Source: a virus. Taken from it: a stretch of DNA of 64,000 nt. The translations under genes were made by a program, and so were the position numbers. Under the pieces are notes generated by a model. It saw nothing but the letters and a program-made list of their open reading frames with translations. It did no database searches and was not told the DNA's origin. Below are positions 45,779 through 53,577 of the stretch, piece after piece (position 1 is the stretch's first letter; each line of letters begins with the position of its first letter). The DNA is taken from positions 4,691 through 68,690 of the IMG/VR virus record IMGVR_UViG_3300044800_000040, one strand, 5' to 3'.

Positions 45779-46549
45779 TCACAAAGTTTCGCCGGGATTA
45801 TCCTCCACCAATTCCAGCATCTTATGGATCTGGAAGTTGACGATCACGTCGAACAGCTCCGCCTCACGCAGCCAGTTCATGAAGGTGGGCATGCCGATCC
45901 CCACCGTGCCGGTGCCATGCATGACAGGGGAAAGGGCCACCCAGGGGGCATCGGCACCAGCGGCCGCAGCATTGTGGCGCACCTCGGTCAGATGGGCCAG
46001 GGCGAACTCGAAGTCGTTGAAGTCGCTGATCACGTATTTCAGGAAGGCGGGGCTCTGGCGTCCCCAGGTCAGCCAGATGGGGTCACTGGCCTCCGGCATG
46101 CGCGACCACATGCCGGAGCTCGGCAGCTTGACGTCCACCACGTAGGACAGTTTCGGGTGCAGGATGGGCGGGGGCAGACTGCCGTTGGTCTCGCAGCTGA
46201 TGGTGTGCCCACGGGAGGTCAGGGCGAGCACCAACTGGATGAACGCCTGGGTCTGCATGAGGGGCTCACCCCCGGTGATGGTCACCTTGGGGCAGCCGAT
46301 CTTGAGTACCTCATTCACGATGTAGCCGACGTTGACCTGCTGGCTGGCCTGCACCTCCCAGGTGGCTCCGCTGTCGCAATACCCGCAGCGCAGGTTGCAA
46401 CCAGAGAAGCGCACGAAGGTACTGGGGCAGCCCTGGCCGACGGCGTTCACCTCGCCGTCGATGGAGTGGAAGACGGAGAACAGGTTCACCGGGGTGCGCA
46501 GCGGGTAGGGGGTCGCCAGCATGGCGCTCTGTTCGGGGGTGAGGATCAT
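45779..46549 (-). CDS. queE: 7-carboxy-7-deazaguanine synthase (radical SAM)
   Basis: FHSIDGE, FVRFSGCNLRCGYCD, TGGEPL, ETNG, DVKLPSSG, QIHK. Confidence 0.93.
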   Translation of the reverse strand: MILTPEQSAMLATPYPLRTPVNLFSVFHSIDGEVNAVGQGCPSTFVRFSGCNLRCGYCDSGATWEVQASQQVNVGYIVNEVLKIGCPKVTITGGEPLMQTQAFIQLVLALTSRGHTISCETNGSLPPPILHPKLSYVVDVKLPSSGMWSRMPEASDPIWLTWGRQSPAFLKYVISDFNDFEFALAHLTEVRHNAAAAGADAPWVALSPVMHGTGTVGIGMPTFMNWLREAELFDVIVNFQIHKMLELVEDNPGETL

Positions 46550-47037
46550 GCTTCCTCCCTGACCCACTCGGCGTAGCTGGTGGGGGTCTCGTAGACCCGC
46601 ACACGCTGCACGAACACGGGGGTGTCTGCCAGATCGTCCTCGAGGATGTCCTTGATCTGCATGGCCATGTTTTCCGCCGTGGGCATCATGTGCGAGGGGA
46701 AGAACTCGTGGCCGTTGAGTTCCTGGTGGTCGAGCTGCTCAAGGATGGGGGCGACCATGGACTTCATGTCGTTAAAGTCCATGACCATGCCGATGTACAG
46801 CTGGGCGTGGAAGTCTCCTGGCTTGCAGTGCATGTCGGCCATGTACTCACTGGGCAGCCGGGAGATGTACGGCTCATTCGGGGTGTGCTGCATCTGCACC
46901 TCGCGGAAGTCCCGGTCGCTCATGCCGAACGTGACCTCTAACTTGCCGTTGTGGCCGTGCAACTGGCAGCACTTGCCGATGTAGCCGGGCAGGTGGTGGG
47001 CGTAGCAGAAGTCAAAGCTCTTGGTGACGGTGATCAT
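46546..47037 (-). CDS. queD: 6-carboxytetrahydropterin synthase
   Basis: AHHL, CQLHGHN, GMVMDF, LDHQELN, PTAEN, VYETP. Confidence 0.92.
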   Translation of the reverse strand: MITVTKSFDFCYAHHLPGYIGKCCQLHGHNGKLEVTFGMSDRDFREVQMQHTPNEPYISRLPSEYMADMHCKPGDFHAQLYIGMVMDFNDMKSMVAPILEQLDHQELNGHEFFPSHMMPTAENMAMQIKDILEDDLADTPVFVQRVRVYETPTSYAEWVREEA

Positions 47038-47090
47038 AGGCGCTCCTTCAAAAGGGAAGGGGGTGGCCGAAGCCACCCCCTGTTGATGGG

Positions 47091-47489
47091 CTACTGGTTG
47101 GAGTCGGCAGGTTCGGTGGTGGTGGGCGGCGTCCAGAGCTTCATGCGGCGGCTGTCGAAGTAGAACTCCTCGTAGTCGCCGTCCGGGTCCTGGGTCAGGC
47201 AGACGAGGTCACGGAACTGCCGGTTGCCCCCGTCCTCCGTCTGCGTGTCCACCTCGGGGATGAGACGCATCACGATGCAGGGCTGGCCAGCGGCGGGCCA
47301 CCGCTTGTTGACGAGGTCGTCGGCCGCCCAGGTGATCAGGTCGCCGGGATTGAACTGGGGGCGCTGCTCGAGCATGATGGCAGCGGCGGTCTGGAGGCCA
47401 CGCACGTTCACGGGCTCCATCTCGATCTGATCTCCACCACCGAGAGCCTGTCTCATCATGAGCTCCATTTCACGCGGCATCTTCTTCAT
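47091..47489 (-). CDS. Hypothetical protein
   Basis: GGGAG RBS downstream of a promoter motif. Confidence 0.6.
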   Translation of the reverse strand: MKKMPREMELMMRQALGGGDQIEMEPVNVRGLQTAAAIMLEQRPQFNPGDLITWAADDLVNKRWPAAGQPCIVMRLIPEVDTQTEDGGNRQFRDLVCLTQDPDGDYEEFYFDSRRMKLWTPPTTTEPADSNQ

Positions 47490-47538
47490 ACGCTTCTCCC
47501 TTGCTCGCCCTTCCGGGCGGTTGTGGTTGTGATGGGAG

Positions 47539-47547
47539 ATTATACGC
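47539..47547 (-). promoter_or_regulatory. GCGTATAAT promoter motif
   Basis: Exact motif, intergenic. Confidence 0.72.
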
Positions 47548-47555
47548 ACTGCGTG

Positions 47556-47906
47556 CTAGAATGCTTTCCCGTGCCGGTAGGGCCGCTCGCTGTTGTATGC
47601 CAGCTTCGCGATGAGCGCAGGCGCGACTCGCCAACCGCGACCGGACGCCATGTCCATGATGCGGATGATGCAGTCGGCCAGTTCCTCCTCCACCTGGGTG
47701 AAGTCGGGGATCTTGTCCGAGGACGGGTTGCCGGCACGCAGACCTTCCAGAGCTTCGGACAGCTCACTGTGCATGAGGGCAATGGCCTCGCCGTCGTTGC
47801 GCTCGTCACGCCACCAGCCCTTGTCCCTGGCGTTCACGAATACCTGTGTCTGGACGACCTCGAAGCCAGTGACGAATTTCTGCTCGATCGCTTCCTGTAC
47901 GCTCAT
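47556..47906 (-). CDS. MazG-like nucleotide pyrophosphohydrolase
   Basis: ALMHSELSEALE...EEELADCIIRIMD...KLAYN. Confidence 0.85.
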   Translation of the reverse strand: MSVQEAIEQKFVTGFEVVQTQVFVNARDKGWWRDERNDGEAIALMHSELSEALEGLRAGNPSSDKIPDFTQVEEELADCIIRIMDMASGRGWRVAPALIAKLAYNSERPYRHGKAF

Positions 47907-47908
47907 CT

Positions 47909-49474
47909 CTACTCCTTGTTGTGTGCCCGAAAGCTGGTCAGGTAGGGTCTGCCAATCGCAAGGCATTGCAGCACGGACACCATGTCACGCACGTCAAAGT
48001 CGTCCTCGCGCTTGAGTAGCTCACTGATGTTCATGATGCCCTGGCTCTTCTGCTCGGGCGTCTGGTTCAAGGCAATCACATGGGTGGCGTGTGCCAGCTT
48101 GCGCTTGTCCTCCGACCCGGCATCCTCCACGTCGAGCCTGGCCTTGGAGTGCCCCCCGAGCTTGGCCTGGGTGGCAGTGACCACAAGGCAGTTGCGCTGC
48201 TGTGCCAGGGCACGCAGGGCCATCCACGTCTCGTTGACTTGGTGCCTAGCTTCCTTGCGCCCGTCGATGGGCATGAGGATGTCGGCGTAGTCGATCACAA
48301 CCACGTCGGGGATGAAGCACTCCTTCTCCCAGATGTCGAGGTAGCTCTGGATCATCTTGACGCTGACCGTGTTGGCGGGCTTGCACTCCAGGCGCAGGGT
48401 GCGTGACCCGACGCGCTTGTTGAACCCTTTGAGGGCGTGCTCCACCAGATCGGGGCTCATGGCGGGCACCTTGAACTCCTGCGCCCAGGCACGGCCCTGG
48501 AAGTCCTTGGGTGCGCTCTTGGCACATGCTGTGCAGGGGATGTGATCGGGAAAGTCCTTGGGGTCGAGGGTGAACCACTTCTTCGCTTTGGTACGGTACT
48601 CGGCGACCTCGTCCTTGTTCGCCGGGCACTCGTCCTTGCTGCACTCGCGGCTCTGGTTGTGCAGGCAGTCCAGCACAGGGCGCATGACTGTGCGGCCGCC
48701 GTGCTTGGCGCTGGACTCGGACAGGTAGGAGTACACACGCCCGAGCATCTGTTTCGTGCTCATGTCACCAACGGAGAAGAAGCCGACGTTGCAGCGGCTG
48801 ACTGCCGCACGCATGGCGAACTCCATCAACCACCAAGTCTTGCCCCGCTTCTCCGGACCGCAGATGGCCAGGAAGTTGTCACGCTCCATCGGGCCAAGCA
48901 TCTGCCCCAGGGCACCGGGCATCTTGAAAAGGACCTGGCTCTCCTCCTCGGCGAACACCCGGGAGATGGCGGTGGGGTCGCGCAGGGGGTCGACCCAGGA
49001 AGCCGACGGGCGCATGACTGGCTTGTACGTGGCGAGCAGGGCCTCGGCCTCCAGGGAGTCACCCTGGGTGAGCAGCCCCTTCACGTCCTCGGCTAGCATC
49101 AGCAGGGAGCGCGACTTGAAGAACTCCTCGGCGCGCTTGGCGGCATAGGGTGCGTTGAAGCCGCCGCTCTGCTCGTACTGGTCAGATGCTGACTCGAGGA
49201 GTGCCCCCACCAGCTCCTCATGCTCACCCAGGGAGCCGGCACGCTTGGCGGCCTCGTAGATGTCCTGCACATGGCGTCCAGGGGGCTTGCCGAACTCGCG
49301 CCAGAAGTCCAGGCACCAACCCGCCACGGTGCGGCAGTGCTCGGACTGGAGGTAGTCGTTGTCGAAGATGGGCTCGATGTCCCGGAGGAACTCGCCGCTG
49401 GTGATCATGCCGATGAGGATCAGCCGCTCAATGGAGCTCTCCTCGTCCAGCTTCTTGCGCGTGATCTTGGGCAC
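47909..49474 (-). CDS. DnaB-like replicative helicase
   Basis: GPEKRGKT, VIDYADIL, VTATQA; Cys-rich insertion. Confidence 0.88.
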   Translation of the reverse strand: MPKITRKKLDEESSIERLILIGMITSGEFLRDIEPIFDNDYLQSEHCRTVAGWCLDFWREFGKPPGRHVQDIYEAAKRAGSLGEHEELVGALLESASDQYEQSGGFNAPYAAKRAEEFFKSRSLLMLAEDVKGLLTQGDSLEAEALLATYKPVMRPSASWVDPLRDPTAISRVFAEEESQVLFKMPGALGQMLGPMERDNFLAICGPEKRGKTWWLMEFAMRAAVSRCNVGFFSVGDMSTKQMLGRVYSYLSESSAKHGGRTVMRPVLDCLHNQSRECSKDECPANKDEVAEYRTKAKKWFTLDPKDFPDHIPCTACAKSAPKDFQGRAWAQEFKVPAMSPDLVEHALKGFNKRVGSRTLRLECKPANTVSVKMIQSYLDIWEKECFIPDVVVIDYADILMPIDGRKEARHQVNETWMALRALAQQRNCLVVTATQAKLGGHSKARLDVEDAGSEDKRKLAHATHVIALNQTPEQKSQGIMNISELLKREDDFDVRDMVSVLQCLAIGRPYLTSFRAHNKE

Positions 49475-49478
49475 TCGG

Positions 49479-50972
49479 TTACTCCTGTGCCCTGGGGTCT
49501 TCGAACGACCTGGGCTGCGGGATGTCGTAGGGGGCGAAGTATTCGTTCATGTACTCGACGAACGCAGCAAACATTTTACGCCCAGGGGCAAGGTGTCCTA
49601 CCCGAATCTTTTTGAAGCCGCTGTACTCGCGCACAACCCATTCGCGGTAGTGTTCGCCAAGCACCGCCGGACTGTCCCAGGCCACGTCCATGTCCTTCTC
49701 GAAGGAGCACCACCATGCATCGATTGCCTTGGCGACCTGTATGGAGTCCTGTTCCTCGCCTGGCAACAGGTCACCGCGGATGTCCTCGACGATGCCCTGC
49801 ACCTCCATCATGAGGGCGTGGGTGTCGTCGTCCATCTTGCTCATGGTGGCATCTGTGCGCTTCTGCTTGATGGGCTCCGCTTCGCCTTTGACCTTGGCGA
49901 TGGTGAGCAGCGACTTGCCCACGTCACCGTCATAGATCACCTTGGCAAGCCCCATGCCTTTCATGGCCGGGCCGGGCCACATGCCGTCGCCGAGCATGTC
50001 GTTGACCACCGCCAGGGCGCGACGGATCTGCTCGTCAGACCAGGGCTGGGTGAGGTGCTTCATGGTGACGCCGTGCGACTTCATCCAGTTGGGGTCCCAG
50101 TTGTTGCGCTTGGACAGGCCGCACCGTTCCAGCTCCCGAAGGAGCTTGCACGCCTCGGCCCTGGCCTTGGTTCCGGGCTTGTCATGGTGCCTGGTATTGG
50201 GCAGGGTGTTCCAGAACTGGAGGAGAGGGTGGTCAGCGTCCTTGGCTGGTGGCTTGGCTGTGCTATGCTTCTCCCTGGCCCTCGCTGCAAAGCGATCCCC
50301 ATCCACGGGCTTGGGTGCCATTCTACGAGGACGATCAGCCTGGGTGTCTCCGGCAGGAGACGCAGCTACTGGTCCTCCAGTAGCGTATAGTTCCCTGTCC
50401 ATAGTTATCTCGTGGATTTCTTCCATGTCCAGACGTGTAGAAATTCCACATCCCACAGTGAAAAGCTCCGCCCTGTTTACTGGCAACAGATCCACCATGC
50501 GGGCAACCCAACGCTTCTCCTCCACCAGGAACTCTGCCAAGGCCCTTGCCAGTAGGGGGTCCGGGTCGTTCTCCATGTGGACGGCATACAGCAATTCGCT
50601 GCATTCAATGAGAAGCTCAAGGTATCCCTCGCGCACTTGGAAGTGCCGCTTGAATGGCAGTCCGAACTTGGTTGTCTTCAGCACTCCCGTCTGTTCCAAC
50701 ATACCCAGGATGCCACCCAGTGTGCGGGTGTCCCCGACGCCAATCATGGGCATGAGCCGGGTCTCTTGCTGGTAGAACCAGAGCTGCCCTTCGTGGGGGA
50801 TCAGTGTTCCCTTGCGAGTGAAGTGGCGCTGGAGGCCGCGGAGCTGAAACAGGAGGACGCTTTCGCGCAGGCCAATGAGCCAGGACATGGGGGCATGGAA
50901 TGTGCGGTAGTAGCTGCCGTCTCTGCTGTCGTTGTGCCGGGTGGTTGCGTACTGTTCGCGTGCGGAGCTCAT
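49479..50972 (-). CDS. Putative replication initiator / origin-binding protein (wHTH)
   Basis: WFYQ...LKTTKFGLPFKRHF; lies between primase and DnaB. Confidence 0.55.
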   Translation of the reverse strand: MSSAREQYATTRHNDSRDGSYYRTFHAPMSWLIGLRESVLLFQLRGLQRHFTRKGTLIPHEGQLWFYQQETRLMPMIGVGDTRTLGGILGMLEQTGVLKTTKFGLPFKRHFQVREGYLELLIECSELLYAVHMENDPDPLLARALAEFLVEEKRWVARMVDLLPVNRAELFTVGCGISTRLDMEEIHEITMDRELYATGGPVAASPAGDTQADRPRRMAPKPVDGDRFAARAREKHSTAKPPAKDADHPLLQFWNTLPNTRHHDKPGTKARAEACKLLRELERCGLSKRNNWDPNWMKSHGVTMKHLTQPWSDEQIRRALAVVNDMLGDGMWPGPAMKGMGLAKVIYDGDVGKSLLTIAKVKGEAEPIKQKRTDATMSKMDDDTHALMMEVQGIVEDIRGDLLPGEEQDSIQVAKAIDAWWCSFEKDMDVAWDSPAVLGEHYREWVVREYSGFKKIRVGHLAPGRKMFAAFVEYMNEYFAPYDIPQPRSFEDPRAQE

Positions 50973-51334
50973 GACAACCACTCCGGAGATGACAGACGCA
51001 CGTGCCGCTTGCATGGCAGGCCGAACTTCTCGATGTGTAGCTCTCCGCTTTCTTGCAAGGTGGTCAACGCTATTTGCAGATCACGTCTCCGGCATCCCAA
51101 TACGTGCATGATGTCCTTGTCTGTGGCCGGCAGCCATTCGTGTTCGCCGTGGGTGACGAAGGGGGCGGGGAAGTTCGGGCGGGAACCATCCATCTCATCG
51201 TCATATTCAGTCTGCAGGAGTATGGACACGATTGCGGCCGGGAGTAGGCCATACCTGTCGAGGAGTTTTCGATGGATGAACAACTGGTCACGGAGCGTCC
51301 AGCAGTTGGATGGCTGACGATGTTTTTCAGACAT
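50969..51334 (-). CDS. wHTH protein paralogous to the N-terminus of the next gene
   Basis: HEGQLW/HGEHEW and KFGLPxKRH shared; AGGAGG RBS. Confidence 0.6.
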   Translation of the reverse strand: MSEKHRQPSNCWTLRDQLFIHRKLLDRYGLLPAAIVSILLQTEYDDEMDGSRPNFPAPFVTHGEHEWLPATDKDIMHVLGCRRRDLQIALTTLQESGELHIEKFGLPCKRHVRLSSPEWLS

Positions 51335-51522
51335 GGGAGGACCTCCTGGGTCTCGTTGGTGTGCCACGGGCCGGGCAGCTACCCCAACCAACCAACGAGT
51401 CAGTCTGCGGAGAGCAGGAACTGAAATCGAAGTTGAGGTACCCACCCGGCCCATCACCCAGGCCTTGGGCTAGTGGCGGCAAGCCAGATACTACGCCCTG
51501 GCCCGGTTGAAAACAAGTGACC

Positions 51523-52446
51523 TCACTTCAACAGGCCGAGCTCTCGCATGAGGGTGTTGGCCTCCCCTTGGCTCATCTCGGCCGGGTCACCATCGCTCAA
51601 GGTCAGCAGCTCCACGTCCACACCGAGGGCTGCCAGGTTCGCACCAAGCTGTCGGGCCTGGGCCTGTGCCTGGACCTCGGAGTCGTACAGCACGAAGACC
51701 CGCTTCATGCGTGTCAGCAGGGCAACCTGGGGCGGACGGAACTTGATCCCGAACGTGGCGCAGGCACCAGGGCCAAGTCGCCAGGCATCGGTGATGCCCT
51801 CAACCACAAGGCAAACGTCCCGGCGGATGAGGTGCAGGCCATAGAGCGTGTCGTGGTGATCCATGACCTCGCGTTCCTTGGGGCACGCCTTGTAGCGGAG
51901 GTCACTCTTGCCGGTGACATCCCGGCCCTGGTAGCTCACCAGCTCGTCACCGTGGTAGATGGGTGCGATGAGCCGGAACTTGTAATCACCGATGGGCCCG
52001 GTCGCACAGACCTTCCAGACCTCGGCCAGATAGTCCGGGTCGAACCCCCTGGCTTCGCAGTAGCGGCGGTGAAGTGTCGCATTTGGGTCGCCCAGGGGCA
52101 TGGTACCAGGGGGAAGGGCCAGTTCCGCAGCGGAGGCACCCCTCCTGGCTGCGCGTATTTCACGCCTAGCAGGGCGTACAACGCATTTGCGCACCAGACC
52201 CCGTGCCTGACCCTCGGGAATGCGCAAAAGCGCAGCGACAACGCGCCAGGCAGGCTTCCAGCCACAGCGCCAGCACGAGAAGAAGTGGTCGTCAAAACAC
52301 CATCCCAGATGATAGTCTTTTGACCCCGAACAGAACGGGCAATGAATCTGTACCCAACCAGGCACACAGTGTTTATTTCCACTTGTGATATATTGGATGC
52401 CGTGCTCCCTGTAAAATCGAAGAGCGTCGAACGCTATCTTCTTCAC
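51523..52446 (-). CDS. DNA primase
   Basis: CPFC...CWRC zinc finger; YQGR, VEGITDA, YDSE, DP Toprim motifs. Confidence 0.9.
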   Translation of the reverse strand: MKKIAFDALRFYREHGIQYITSGNKHCVPGWVQIHCPFCSGSKDYHLGWCFDDHFFSCWRCGWKPAWRVVAALLRIPEGQARGLVRKCVVRPARREIRAARRGASAAELALPPGTMPLGDPNATLHRRYCEARGFDPDYLAEVWKVCATGPIGDYKFRLIAPIYHGDELVSYQGRDVTGKSDLRYKACPKEREVMDHHDTLYGLHLIRRDVCLVVEGITDAWRLGPGACATFGIKFRPPQVALLTRMKRVFVLYDSEVQAQAQARQLGANLAALGVDVELLTLSDGDPAEMSQGEANTLMRELGLLK

Positions 52447-52781
52447 AGCACAAGCCCCGCGCGAATGGCCCCCCGGACTTGTGCCCGGTGTCGGAGCAGA
52501 TTGACCAGTTTCGGGTGCATCAAGCTGTACAGCATCAGTTGAGCCACTTCTTGCTTGGCCGCAAAGTTGTTCTCACTGTCTTCGTATGGGAACGGGTCCT
52601 CCCCCGTGTCCCAGATGAAGTGGAGGGTGCTCGGCGCGGGTAAGAAGATAAGCTCGGCAATGGTGGCACGCGCCTCTCCAGAGAGGAAGATCAGACGACG
52701 CAGTTCTTTGACGCACTCACGCAGCCGCTGTCTTTTTTGGTGACGTATTTCGACGGGGATTGATGTCTGGAGTGGGTTCAT
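52443..52781 (-). CDS. Hypothetical protein
   Basis: AGGAG RBS; coupled to primase. Confidence 0.55.
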   Translation of the reverse strand: MNPLQTSIPVEIRHQKRQRLRECVKELRRLIFLSGEARATIAELIFLPAPSTLHFIWDTGEDPFPYEDSENNFAAKQEVAQLMLYSLMHPKLVNLLRHRAQVRGAIRAGLVL

Positions 52782-52804
52782 GCTGGATCTCCTGTTGACT
52801 GGGC

Positions 52805-52838
52805 AAAAGAAAAGGGCAGCCCCGCAAGGACTGCCCTT
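52805..52838 (-). terminator. Intrinsic terminator
   Basis: aagggcagtcc-ttgc-ggggctgccctt followed by ttctttt. Confidence 0.75.
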
Positions 52839-52840
52839 GG

Positions 52841-52849
52841 ATTATACGC
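52841..52849 (-). promoter_or_regulatory. GCGTATAAT promoter motif abutting the terminator
   Basis: Exact motif. Confidence 0.68.
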
Positions 52850-53544
52850 TACGCCGTGAGAAAAGAGCGAAGGAGGTTTTGCGCGATGGTGCCCGTGTTT
52901 GCTTTGCCGTGGCAACTGGCGCACAGGCAGATGAGGTTGGTGGGGGTGTTGTTGTCCTTGTCGAAGTCGATGTGGTGTACATCCATCTTGCCATGAGTTC
53001 GGGAGCAGAATCGACAGGCGTTCCCATCGCGCTGCCGGATCGCTTGGCGTAGCCAACGTGTCCATTCTTTCCCGTATGGCAGGGAGCTCACTCCACCCTG
53101 CCAGTTGGGACCATCCTCCCCGCGGAACTTGCCGGTGTTTGCTTCGCGCAAACGCTCCTTCGTTGCTTGTGTGTGCTGCTTGCCGAGGAATGCGTTTGGG
53201 TTGTTCTGGTGCCATTCTTTCAGGGTGCGTGAGATTGCTTCGCGCTGATCTTGTGGTATTTGTTTGCCCTTGCTGGAGGCGGATATCTTGTCCCCCCAAG
53301 TGATCATGCGCCCCATCATTCCCCGCGAAATCTTCTGACGGGTTTCCGCGGATACGCAGTACCCCTGTTCCTTGTGCAGACGCTCTCGTTCGGCAGCCGC
53401 CACCGACATTTTTTTCTTGGCCTGTTCGGTATGTCGATGACCAGTGGAGGCCACTCGGCGGGCCTCCACTTCTTCCGGATGCTCCGCTAGTCTCTTCTTC
53501 ATGCTGGCGGAGATCTTGGCGCGGCGTTGTTCTTCGTTGGTCAC
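52849..53544 (-). CDS. Free-standing HNH homing endonuclease with NUMOD3-like repeats
   Basis: HTEQAKKKMS, RDGNACRFC, VHHIDFDKDNN..NLICLCASCH. Confidence 0.88.
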   Translation of the reverse strand: MTNEEQRRAKISASMKKRLAEHPEEVEARRVASTGHRHTEQAKKKMSVAAAERERLHKEQGYCVSAETRQKISRGMMGRMITWGDKISASSKGKQIPQDQREAISRTLKEWHQNNPNAFLGKQHTQATKERLREANTGKFRGEDGPNWQGGVSSLPYGKEWTRWLRQAIRQRDGNACRFCSRTHGKMDVHHIDFDKDNNTPTNLICLCASCHGKANTGTIAQNLLRSFLTA

Positions 53545-53577
53545 TGGTGGGTTCCTCCTGAAGTATCTTCCGCCTGA

